Assembly (NCBI GenBank): GCA_031414955.1
Contig: JANOQV010000105.1
Coordinates: 9,090 to 73,089, forward strand
Reading direction: 5' to 3'
Source: Pedosphaera sp.
GTDB lineage: Bacteria; Verrucomicrobiota; Verrucomicrobiia; Limisphaerales; SIBH01
DNA length: 64,000 bases
How positions within the stretch are numbered: position 1 is the first letter of the stretch; every line of letters begins with the position of its first letter. This document shows positions 18,622 to 27,102 of this stretch, piece by piece. Both the position numbers and the translations under genes were made by a program. Below the pieces are notes generated by a model. It was given only the letters and a program-made list of their open reading frames with translations, was not told the DNA's origin and searched no databases.

Positions 18622-20778
18622 TCACAGCCCCGTCACCGGGACTGCCATCTTCTCACCGGCCCGCATGTACTGATACAGCGCGTTGATCTGTTGCTCCGCA
18701 TCGCCCTCGTAGAAATCCGTCAGTGCGCTGCGGCCATCCTCGAAATAGGCGGGCATCTTCGAGCCGGGGTCGACGGCAAGGGGAGCCCGAAGCCAGCGGA
18801 AGAAATACGGCTTCATCAAGCGCACGCCGGTCAGTCCGAGGTTCAGACCTTCGCTCTCGAACACGGCGGTCGCCGACAATTCATTCACCGCGTGACAATT
18901 GACGCACGACAACCCGCCATCCATGCCGGCGAGCTTGTGGCCGACCTTCGCCGCCGCCTCGTCAATTGGGCCTTCGTTGCGTGACGTTGGCGCGTAGCCC
19001 TGCTGCATGGCCATCGCCCCGGCGAGCAGCTTGGCGCGCGACTTGAAGGCCGGCATTCGCGCCTCGACCCACAACTCGCCTTTGGGATGGAGGTCGGCTC
19101 GGACCTTGAAGGGATCGCCTCCGATGAAGGCCGCCGCCCACTCCGGCTTCAATTTCCCGCCCAGAACATCAAGGGCCGGCACCAGATCAATCTGCCCGTG
19201 GCAGGCGGCACAACTGAGCAGCCGGGTCGCGCGCGCGGCGAACTCCAGCGGACTGTGGCGAGAAAGCGAGGCAAAGTCTGTTTTCACAAACGCCACCAGC
19301 GCCTCCCGTTCCCTCGCGTTGAACCCAAAGTCCGGCGCTTTCGATTTCTCATCGCGCTTCTCCGCGAGGCAGCCCTTCGTCTCCTTCGCCAGCTTCGCTA
19401 GACCCACGGTGCTGAACTTGTTCTCCTCCATCGCAGCCGAATGGCAGTTCAAACAACCGGTGCTCTGCACCAGTTCTCTTCCACGGGAAGCATTCGATTT
19501 TTTGTCGAGAACCTGGGGCGGTTGCGGCTGGTCGGCATTCTTAAACAGGAACGCCGCCAGTTCCTTCGCCTCGGCCTCGGCCAGTTTGAAGTTCGGCATC
19601 CGAATCCAGGTGAAGTGCCGCTCCGGTGCCGTGAGAAACTCCGCCAGCTTGCCTTCGCTGAATTTCTGGGCGACGTGCTTGAGTGAAATCTTGGCTGCTT
19701 CCGCCGCCGACTGATCCGGCGCGTTGTGGCAACTGATGCAATGCAGCCGCTCGAAGATCGGTTTCCTCTCCTGATTCACATCGGCGGGCGTCTCGTTGCC
19801 GTCGCCAGCCGAGGGTTTGGCGCTCACACCGGAGCGCCTGGCAATTTCTCCGAGCGCCTTGAAGTGACGCGGAGATTGAATGGCGTTGGGGTCGTCAAGC
19901 TCGGTCACGATGTATTTGATCTCGGCCACCTTTAATGCCCCCGTCCGGGCGACAACATTCGTGGTCAACGAATTCAAGTAATCCGCCATCGCCTCCGCGT
20001 CCTCCTTCGCCTGCGGCCCATGCAGCAGCTTCGGCATGTGGACCGACGCACGCGTAGACTTCGGATCGAGAATCCACTTCGCGAGCCAGTCGCGATTCCG
20101 TCGCGCGCCGATGCCGTCGAAAGCCGGCGCATCCATCGCCAGCTCCGGCACGGGCGACGCGAACTTCTCCATGTGGCACTTGGCGCAGCGATTCTCCAGA
20201 AACAACTCGCGGCCGAGATAAAGCGTCTCCGCTTGCTGCAACTCCGGCGTGCTGGCGTGCGTGATGATACTATGCGGAATCGGGTTCACGTTCGTGCCCT
20301 TCTCCGTCCAGCCGACGCGCAACGCGGAACCGCCGATGGCGGCGCTAGTGAATGTGGCCCGCAGCGCGTTCGGGCCTTTGTTGATCTGCACCGGCTTGCT
20401 CAAGGCACCCGGGACGCTCGTGTCCAGCACCACGAGGCTGTTGATCTCAAGCTTGAGCGTGCCGCCCAGTTCCTCGGCCTGGAAAGTGTAACTCGAACGC
20501 AAGTCGCCGTTGATGCTGCCCTCGAACACGGCGGTGAACTTCCCCGGCGGTAGGAATGGCGTGGCTGCCTGCCCCGACTCGACGTAGAGCCAGAGGTTTG
20601 GCAGCACCATCAGGTCGGAGGATTTTCCATCCGCAGCCGTGAACTTGACGGCGAAGCCATGCGGCAGGGCGGCAAGGACGGCGGACGGCAACGAAACCGG
20701 CGCGAGGAGGAGGAGAACTGCAAGTTCACTCCTCCAGCCAAGCCACCGGGGAAGAAAGCCAAACTGTTTGAATATCAT
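18622..20778 (-). CDS. Multi-haem c-type cytochrome, secreted
   Basis: 718 aa. Five CXXCH motifs (CAKCH, CISCH, CLNCH, CAACH, CVNCH) after a roughly 190-aa non-haem N-terminal domain. Confidence 0.75.
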   Translation of the reverse strand: MIFKQFGFLPRWLGWRSELAVLLLLAPVSLPSAVLAALPHGFAVKFTAADGKSSDLMVLPNLWLYVESGQAATPFLPPGKFTAVFEGSINGDLRSSYTFQAEELGGTLKLEINSLVVLDTSVPGALSKPVQINKGPNALRATFTSAAIGGSALRVGWTEKGTNVNPIPHSIITHASTPELQQAETLYLGRELFLENRCAKCHMEKFASPVPELAMDAPAFDGIGARRNRDWLAKWILDPKSTRASVHMPKLLHGPQAKEDAEAMADYLNSLTTNVVARTGALKVAEIKYIVTELDDPNAIQSPRHFKALGEIARRSGVSAKPSAGDGNETPADVNQERKPIFERLHCISCHNAPDQSAAEAAKISLKHVAQKFSEGKLAEFLTAPERHFTWIRMPNFKLAEAEAKELAAFLFKNADQPQPPQVLDKKSNASRGRELVQSTGCLNCHSAAMEENKFSTVGLAKLAKETKGCLAEKRDEKSKAPDFGFNAREREALVAFVKTDFASLSRHSPLEFAARATRLLSCAACHGQIDLVPALDVLGGKLKPEWAAAFIGGDPFKVRADLHPKGELWVEARMPAFKSRAKLLAGAMAMQQGYAPTSRNEGPIDEAAAKVGHKLAGMDGGLSCVNCHAVNELSATAVFESEGLNLGLTGVRLMKPYFFRWLRAPLAVDPGSKMPAYFEDGRSALTDFYEGDAEQQINALYQYMRAGEKMAVPVTGL

Positions 20779-21066
20779 AAATCGTAATTCACAAGCGAAC
20801 CTCGCTCTTGCGGCTTTGAGACTAACAAAATGACGACCACCATCAAGGCGGAGCGCCCACGCTCAAAACGGCGTGAGCCGATGCGAGCAAAATCATTGGT
20901 GAACCCGCAATGATGAAGACCCGGCCCAGAGTTGGCCGCGCCTCGACGACGCAAGAATCAACCACTACAGCGGTGACTCAAGGCTCGGAGCAACTCGAGA
21001 TTGTGGCCTCCAGCCTGCGGCCCTGGGCCGCCATTTCCAATCCTCCCTCTTTTCGGAAAATAGTGG

Positions 21067-21118
21067 TTGCACGAGAATTTCCGATTGCTACAGTCCGCCT
21101 CCGCTTTTGGAAAAGCGG
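21067..21118 (+). promoter_or_regulatory. Candidate promoter and leader hairpin of the rpsJ operon
   Basis: TTGCAC (21067..21072), 16-nt spacer, TACAGT (21089..21094). Then hairpin CCGCTT-TTGGAA-AAGCGG (21101..21118), 36 nt before the rpsJ ATG. Confidence 0.3.
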
Positions 21119-21153
21119 AAGGTTTTAACCATTAACAGACAATTGTTCTTTGT

Positions 21154-21462
21154 ATGGCTGGACAACGTATTCGTATTCGCCTGAAGGCGTATGACCATCG
21201 GGTCATCGACCAATCAGCGCATGACATTGTGGAAACCGTGAAGCGCAGCGGTGCTCGCGTGGCTGGTCCCATTCCGCTCCCAACTCGCGTCGAACGCTTC
21301 ACCGTGCAACGCTCACCCCACGCGGACAAAAAATCCCAGGAAACATTCGAACAGCGCACCCACAAGCGCCTCTTGGACATCCTCGACCCGACGGCCAAGA
21401 CAGTGGACGAGCTGAAGAAACTGAACCTCCCCGCCGGCGTGGATATCACCATCAAAATCTGA
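21154..21462 (+). CDS. rpsJ: 30S ribosomal protein S10
   Basis: [15 protein letters not shown]...PLPT...FTV.RSPH.DKKS..QFE.R.HKRL; unmistakable S10. Confidence 0.97.
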   Translation: MAGQRIRIRLKAYDHRVIDQSAHDIVETVKRSGARVAGPIPLPTRVERFTVQRSPHADKKSQETFEQRTHKRLLDILDPTAKTVDELKKLNLPAGVDITIKI

Positions 21463-21467
21463 CTTTT

Positions 21468-22208
21468 ATGCCTCTCGGACTTCTCGGAAAAAAATTGGGC
21501 CAGACCCGTGTGTATGACGCCACCGGCGTGATGCACTCGGTGACGGTGGTGCATGTCGGACCGAATCGCGTGATTCAGGTCAAGACGCAGGGCGGCAAAG
21601 ACGGCTATAACGCCGTGCAGCTCGGCCTGTATGAGCAAAAGGAAAGCCGCGTCGCCAAGCCGACGCTGGGTCACTTCAAGAAGTTCGGCGTGCCGGCCTT
21701 CAAAAAGGTGGCCGAGTTCCGCAACTTCTCCAAGGAAGTGAAGAGCGGTGACACGGTCGGGGCGGATCTCTTCTCCGTGGGCGATTTCATCGACGCCATC
21801 GGCGTGACGAAGGGCCGCGGTTTCGAGGGCGTGGTGGCCCGTCACGGTTTCCGTGGCGGCGACAGCACGCACGGAGCGAAGGGCTTTCATCGCCGCAACG
21901 GCGCCATCGGACAGCGTTTGTTCCCCGGCACAGTCATGCGCGGCATGAAGATGCCCGGCCATCTGGGCCAGGTGCGCCGCACCACCCAGAACCTCGAAGT
22001 GATTCAGGTTCGCCCCGAGGACAACATTCTGCTCATCAAGGGCGCGATTCCCGGCTCGAACGACGATTACGTCATCATCCGTGAAGCGAAGAAGATGCCC
22101 CGCGAACTCGTGGCTAAGAAACGCGCCGCTGCCGAGGCAAAAGCCAAGGCCGCGCCGGCCAAGAAATCCAAAGCCCCCGCTCCCGCCAAGGCCGCAGCCA
22201 AAAAGTAA
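21468..22208 (+). CDS. rplC: 50S ribosomal protein L3 with Lys/Ala/Pro-rich C-terminal extension
   Basis: GLLGKKLGQTRVYD, TKGRGFEGV, GQRLFPG.V..G.KM.G motifs. Roughly 35 extra C-terminal residues (AKKRAAAEAKAKAAPAKKSKAPAPAKAAAKK). Confidence 0.95.
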   Translation: MPLGLLGKKLGQTRVYDATGVMHSVTVVHVGPNRVIQVKTQGGKDGYNAVQLGLYEQKESRVAKPTLGHFKKFGVPAFKKVAEFRNFSKEVKSGDTVGADLFSVGDFIDAIGVTKGRGFEGVVARHGFRGGDSTHGAKGFHRRNGAIGQRLFPGTVMRGMKMPGHLGQVRRTTQNLEVIQVRPEDNILLIKGAIPGSNDDYVIIREAKKMPRELVAKKRAAAEAKAKAAPAKKSKAPAPAKAAAKK

Positions 22209-22214
22209 ACCCAC

Positions 22215-22838
22215 ATGAAAATCTCAATCAAAGACATCAAAGGCAAAGCCAGCGGCGAGATGGAAACGAGCTTCCCGCTCGTCGAGGGCGGCAAGGGCAC
22301 CCAGGCTGTTCACGACGTGGTGGTCGCATATCGCGCGGCCCAGCGCAGTGGCACGGCTTGCACCAAGAACGTGGGCGAAGTCTCCGGCAGCAACAAGAAG
22401 CCGTGGCGCCAGAAGGGCACCGGCCGCGCGCGCGCCGGCTCCCATCAGTCCCCGCTCTGGGTGGGTGGCGGCGTGGTCTTCGGTCCGCGTCCGCGTGATT
22501 TCTCCAAGAAAGTCTCGAAGACAACCCGGCAGCTCTCCTTGCGCAAGGCCTTCACCGAACGCTTGAAGGCAGGCGACGTGACAGTGGTGGACGACATCAA
22601 GCTCGCCACCTCGAAGACCAAGGATTTCATCACGGTGCTCAAGGCGCTGGACATCAAGAACACCGCCCTGCTCGTAACGCACCTCGCGGACAAGAACCTT
22701 GAACTGGCCTCCCGCAACGTGCCGAAGATCGAGGTCACGACCAGCGATTTCGTCAACACCTACCAGTTGCTCCGCAGCGACAAGCTCGTCTTCACGCGCG
22801 GCGCATTCGAGAAACTCGAAGAACGTCTCCAAAAGTAA
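22215..22838 (+). CDS. rplD: 50S ribosomal protein L4
   Basis: [28 protein letters not shown] motif. Position after rplC. Confidence 0.95.
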   Translation: MKISIKDIKGKASGEMETSFPLVEGGKGTQAVHDVVVAYRAAQRSGTACTKNVGEVSGSNKKPWRQKGTGRARAGSHQSPLWVGGGVVFGPRPRDFSKKVSKTTRQLSLRKAFTERLKAGDVTVVDDIKLATSKTKDFITVLKALDIKNTALLVTHLADKNLELASRNVPKIEVTTSDFVNTYQLLRSDKLVFTRGAFEKLEERLQK

Positions 22839-22839
22839 C

Positions 22840-23121
22840 ATGAACGCTTTCGACATCATCAAGACCGTCCGCGTGACGGAAAAAGGCACCCGTCAGGGGG
22901 AGAAGCTCAACCAGTTCACCGTGGTCGCTGATCCCCGCGCCAACAAGGTGCAGATCCGCCAGGCGGTGCAGGAGCTGTTCAAAGTCAAGGTCATCAAGGT
23001 CAACACTTTGAACGTGCGCGGCAAAGCCCGCCGCAAGCGCACCGCGCAAGCTGGTCAGACCAACGACTGGAAGAAAGCCATCGTCACCTTGAAAGAGGGC
23101 GACCGCATCGTGCTGACCTAG
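22840..23121 (+). CDS. rplW: 50S ribosomal protein L23
   Basis: ATG at 22840 inside ORF 22699..23121. MNAFDIIKTVRVTEKG...FKV.V..VNT...GK..R and KKAIVTLKEG are typical of L23. Confidence 0.95.
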   Translation: MNAFDIIKTVRVTEKGTRQGEKLNQFTVVADPRANKVQIRQAVQELFKVKVIKVNTLNVRGKARRKRTAQAGQTNDWKKAIVTLKEGDRIVLT

Positions 23122-23139
23122 TCCAGGGAAAATTCATAC

Positions 23140-23173
23140 GGCGCGGGGCAGAAATGCTTCGCGCCATTTTTTT
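23140..23173 (+). terminator. Possible terminator directly after rplW
   Basis: GGCGCG (23140..23145) pairs with CGCGCC (23160..23165), followed by ATTTTTTT. The stem is short and the loop is 14 nt. Confidence 0.4.
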
Positions 23174-23319
23174 GATTGTGAACTCCGATCATGGCCTGAT
23201 TGGAACTTGTTCCAAGCGGATGGCTGGCAGAGGTCTATGCGGACTGAGCAGACTCGCGACGATTGAAACCGCCAGCTTACGTTTAGCGAATCAGGGAGGA
23301 AGTTTGGATTTCGATGGTA

Positions 23320-23486
23320 GGGCTATGCACTTGATTCCCATCACGGCGGAACGCGGAACTGTGGGCAGAAAGATTGATGGCGGAAAAATAAAACGCCCAT
23401 GTTTTTGCCATCAATTTTTCTACCACCGCTTTCGGTTTGCATCCGGTGCCCGCTCCCACCGGGAAGGGGAATTAAGTGCATAGCCC
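23320..23486. repeat. MITE-like element with nested inverted repeats
   Basis: 20-nt terminal inverted repeats: GGGCTATGCACTTGATTCCC (23320..23339) and GGGAATTAAGTGCATAGCCC (23467..23486), 1 mismatch. Inner inverted repeat: GAAAGATTGATGGC (23368..23381) and GCCATCAATTTTTC (23407..23420). Confidence 0.5.
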
Positions 23487-23690
23487 AATTAGATGGATTC
23501 TGCTGATGCTCACGTTAGCGGAATCGCTCGTGGTGCCCGCGCAGCATTCAGTTCCACCGAACTGAGCAGCAAAATCACCCCGGCACTAGCCCCCCCCGCC
23601 GGGACCACGCCAAGTTGGATGGCATCGGCGATGGCGGCAATTATTTCTGGAGGGAAGTGTTTGGCGGTGCATGAAGTCTACCCTGCCCTT

Positions 23691-24158
23691 TCAAATCACG
23701 AAATCGGCCGCGCTGATGGGTTCCTGTTCCAGTTTACGGGCGCGCTCGCACATCTCCGCCACGGTTACGCGCTCCACCACTTTCACCACGGCGTCACGCG
23801 CTTCCTTCATCACGGAACGGATGGCGCAGCGACCTTCGTCGGGGCAGGAACATTTTTCGTAAAAGCGTTCGCTTACACAACTCACCGGCGCGAGCGCCCC
23901 TTCGACATGGCGGATGACTTCGGCCAGAGTGATCTTTTCCGGCGGCCGGCTCAGGCGATAGCCGCCCGCGACGCCGCGTTTGCTCTCGACTACACGCGCC
24001 GACTTGAGGTCGTTGAGAATCTGTTCGAGGAACCGCTTTGGGATATTCTGCTGCTCGGAGATTTCCTGGATGCGGACCACCGAGTCATCCTCCTGATAAT
24101 CGCGCCCAAGGACGAGCAGGGCGCGCAGGGCGTATTCGCCGCGAGTGGACAGCTTCAT
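23691..24158 (-). CDS. Rrf2-family transcriptional regulator (IscR/CymR-like, Cys-rich cluster-binding segment)
   Basis: MKLSTRGEYALRALL...I.EISE.Q.IP..FLEQIL..L..A..V.S.RG..GGY.L. Cys cluster CVSERFYEKCSCPDEGRC. Divergent from the sulfate-uptake genes. Confidence 0.85.
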   Translation of the reverse strand: MKLSTRGEYALRALLVLGRDYQEDDSVVRIQEISEQQNIPKRFLEQILNDLKSARVVESKRGVAGGYRLSRPPEKITLAEVIRHVEGALAPVSCVSERFYEKCSCPDEGRCAIRSVMKEARDAVVKVVERVTVAEMCERARKLEQEPISAADFVI

Positions 24159-24314
24159 TTGCGGCCAACCGTAGTAATCTACAGTTGTTCAATCAAGTTT
24201 TTGTTCCAGCGTGAGAATTTACCCATTTTCATTCAGGAAAACATTTTTTCCAAACACTATTGACTGAGTAGGGATTAAATTAGTTATCGTCGCCAACAGA
24301 AGAAATTAAGCGAT

Positions 24315-24494
24315 ATGAGCGCACCAGTGAACGAAATTGAAATCTCGCCCGAATGGGTCGGGATTCTGGTCAAGCAGATCGAGTCGCTGCGCTTCGGCGT
24401 GGTGCAAATCACGGTGCATGAATCGCGCGTGGTGCAGATCGAGAAGACCGAGAAAGTGCGCCTCGACCAAAGCGAGCGGAAGGAAGCGCGCTGA
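24315..24494 (+). CDS. yezD: YezD-family small protein (DUF2292)
   Basis: 59-aa ORF below the track cutoff, read directly: MSAPVNEIEISPEWVGILVKQIESLRFGVVQITVHESRVVQIEKTEKVRLDQSERKEAR. The LRFG.VQITVH...V.QIEK.EK.R core is the YezD pattern. First gene of the sulfate locus. Confidence 0.7.
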   Translation: MSAPVNEIEISPEWVGILVKQIESLRFGVVQITVHESRVVQIEKTEKVRLDQSERKEAR

Positions 24495-24585
24495 GATTTT
24501 GCCTACCAGTCGAACTGGCGGCCAACGGACCAAGCAAAAGTGAACCGACCGAACCATCGGAGGAGAGCTGAAATGAAAGCAGAAA

Positions 24586-26025
24586 ATGAAATTAACTCGA
24601 TGGATGGTGGTCGTGGCGCTGTTGAGCGCGCAGACCAGTTACGTGCTGGCTCAGGATCAAAGTGATGAACTGAAGCGGCTGAAACAACAATTGCAGGAAC
24701 TGGATCAAAAAGTGCGAATTCTGGAACGCAGCAACGAACTCGAAGCCGAGGTGGCGGACGCGAAAGCAAAGACGCTGCCGACGGTGAGCCTCGGCGCGGG
24801 CGGGTTGATCGCCACGTCGGGTGACTCAAACTTCGTGATGAAGATTCGCGGCTACGTGCAGGCGGATTCGCGGACGTTCATCGGCGGCGAAGACATTAAA
24901 GGCAACGACACGTTCGGGCTTCGCCGTGTGCGGCCAATCATCGAAGGCTCGGTCTGGAAGGATTTCGAGTATCGCCTCATGCTCGACTTCGGCACCGGCA
25001 TCACGTCGGGCACGGGTAACAATGCTTTTCTCCAGGACGGCTACGTCAACTTCCATCACTGGGACGAAGTGCAGCTTCAGGTGGGCAAGATGAAGGAGCC
25101 AGTGGGGCTGGAGCGGTTGCAGTCGGGCCGCAATCTCCTCTTCATCGAACGCAGTCTGCCGACGCAGCTCGTGCCAAACCGTGACGTGGGCGCGCAATTG
25201 CATGGCAAGCTCTGGGGCAACTTGCTGGCCTACCAGGTCGGCTACTTCAACGGCGTGGAGGATGGCGGCAGCGGCGACATCGAAGTGAGTGATGACGGCA
25301 AGGACGTGGCGGCTCGTTTGTTTGTGCAGCCGTTTGACCGGACGGGCCTTGACCCGCTGAAGAAGTTAGGACTCGGTGTTGCGGTCACACATGGCACGCA
25401 CGTCGGCGCGTTGCGCAATTACGCGACCTCGGGACAACAGACCTGGTTTCGCTGGCGTACCGGCGCGGGCACGACAGCGGCTCCGAATGTGACGGCCGAT
25501 GGGCCGACGGATCGTTTCACGCCGCAGGCTTGGTACTACTGGGGACCTTTTGGCCTTTATGGCGAATATGTGATTACCTCGCATGAAGTAGCCCTCAAAG
25601 CCGGCGCAGCCCCGGGGCAGACGAGCCACGAGACATTCGACAACCGCGCCTGGCAGATTTCGGCCAGCTATTTCCTGACCGGCGAGGAGAATTCCTTCGG
25701 GGTGGTGACGCCGAAGCGTCCGTTTGGCTTTGGCCCGGGCAGCGGCTGGGGCGCATGGGAGATTGCCGCGCGAATTGGGCAGATCTCCGTCGATGACGCG
25801 GTGTTCCGGGATCGCGATGCGGTGGCCGGGCCGGACTTTGCCACGGACAATTCCGCCCGTGAGGCCAAGGAGTGGGGCGTCGGACTGAACTGGCATCTGA
25901 ACTCGAACATCAAGGCGAGCGCGAACTATCTGCACACGGACTTCAAAGGCGGCAGCCGGGCCAAAGGTGAAGTGACGGCGCAGGACGAGGAAGCTATTTT
26001 CGCCCGCGTGCAGTTCGTCTTTTAA
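24586..26025 (+). CDS. OprO/OprP-family anion-selective porin with N-terminal coiled coil
   Basis: 479 aa. Signal peptide, coiled coil (LKRLKQQLQELDQKVRILE), then GYVQADSRTF..D.FGLRRVRPIIEG....FEYRLMLDF, typical of the phosphate-selective porin O/P family. Ends in the aromatic VQFVF. Confidence 0.8.
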   Translation: MKLTRWMVVVALLSAQTSYVLAQDQSDELKRLKQQLQELDQKVRILERSNELEAEVADAKAKTLPTVSLGAGGLIATSGDSNFVMKIRGYVQADSRTFIGGEDIKGNDTFGLRRVRPIIEGSVWKDFEYRLMLDFGTGITSGTGNNAFLQDGYVNFHHWDEVQLQVGKMKEPVGLERLQSGRNLLFIERSLPTQLVPNRDVGAQLHGKLWGNLLAYQVGYFNGVEDGGSGDIEVSDDGKDVAARLFVQPFDRTGLDPLKKLGLGVAVTHGTHVGALRNYATSGQQTWFRWRTGAGTTAAPNVTADGPTDRFTPQAWYYWGPFGLYGEYVITSHEVALKAGAAPGQTSHETFDNRAWQISASYFLTGEENSFGVVTPKRPFGFGPGSGWGAWEIAARIGQISVDDAVFRDRDAVAGPDFATDNSAREAKEWGVGLNWHLNSNIKASANYLHTDFKGGSRAKGEVTAQDEEAIFARVQFVF

Positions 26026-26040
26026 CAAGCGGAGCAAACC

Positions 26041-27045
26041 ATGAAGAAGAAACTACTGACCATATTGGCGCTGTCCCTGGCTGGCGTGACCGTTTTCGCG
26101 GCGGCCAGGCCGGCCACGCTGCTCAATGTCTCGTATGATCCCACTCGCGAGTTGTATGTGGAATTCAACTCGGCCTTCGCCAAGCACTGGGAAGACAAGA
26201 CCGGGCAGAAAGTTAAAATCAAGCAGGCGCATGACGGTTCGGGCAAACAAAGCCGCAAGGTCATCGACGGCCTGCCTGCCGATGTCGTGACGCTGGCGCT
26301 GGCCTACGACATCGACGCCATCGCCGAGCGGAGCAAGCTGCTCCCCGCCGACTGGCAGAAGCGGCTGCCCCACAACAGCTCGCCCTACACTTCGACGATC
26401 GTTTTCGTGGTGCGAAAGGGAAATCCCAAGGGCATCAAAGACTGGGACGATCTTGTGAAGACCGGGGTGGCCGTGGTGACGCCCAACCCCAAGACCTCCG
26501 GCGGCGCCCGGTGGAATTATCTTGCGGCGTGGGCTTACGAATTGATCCGGACGAAGGATGAGACGAAGGCCCAGGAGTTTGTGGCCAGGATCTACAAGAA
26601 CACCCCGGTGCTCGACATCGGAGCGCGCGGCTCGACCACGACGTTTGTCCAGCGCGGCATCGGAGACGTGTTCATCTCGTGGGAGAACGAAGCGTATCTC
26701 GCGGTCAAGGAATACGGCGCGGCCAAACTCGAGATCGTCAACCCCTCCATCAGCATACTTGCCGAGCCGCCGGTCTCCGTGGTGGACAAGGCGGCGCGCA
26801 AGAATGGTAACGAGGCCGTGGCCAGGGCCTATCTCGAATACCTTTACAGCGACGTGGGCCAGGAAATCGCGGCGAAGAATTTCTACCGTCCACGCAACGA
26901 GGCCATTGCACTGAAGCACGCCGGCAAATTTCCGAGATTGAAGCTCGTCACCATTGATGAAGTGTTCGGCGGCTGGGCCAGGGCGCAGAAGACGCACTTC
27001 AGCGACGGCGGCACTTTTGATCAGATTTCGCGCGCCAACCGATGA
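26041..27045 (+). CDS. sbp: Sulfate/thiosulfate ABC transporter substrate-binding protein
   Basis: [18 protein letters not shown]...[27 protein letters not shown] and [16 protein letters not shown] are classic Sbp/CysP motifs. Confidence 0.9.
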   Translation: MKKKLLTILALSLAGVTVFAAARPATLLNVSYDPTRELYVEFNSAFAKHWEDKTGQKVKIKQAHDGSGKQSRKVIDGLPADVVTLALAYDIDAIAERSKLLPADWQKRLPHNSSPYTSTIVFVVRKGNPKGIKDWDDLVKTGVAVVTPNPKTSGGARWNYLAAWAYELIRTKDETKAQEFVARIYKNTPVLDIGARGSTTTFVQRGIGDVFISWENEAYLAVKEYGAAKLEIVNPSISILAEPPVSVVDKAARKNGNEAVARAYLEYLYSDVGQEIAAKNFYRPRNEAIALKHAGKFPRLKLVTIDEVFGGWARAQKTHFSDGGTFDQISRANR

Positions 27046-27102
27046 ACCAGGCGGGCCAGGTTGCGCCGCGGCCGGGCCGGCCATTCAACACGACCACACG
27101 AC

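Noticed and set aside
23154-23483. 109-aa ORF after rplW
   Set aside because: It spans the hairpin/T-tract and the nested inverted-repeat element. Its translation (..KIDGGKIKRPCFCHQFFYHRF..) is what palindromic repeats produce, and there is no protein-like pattern.
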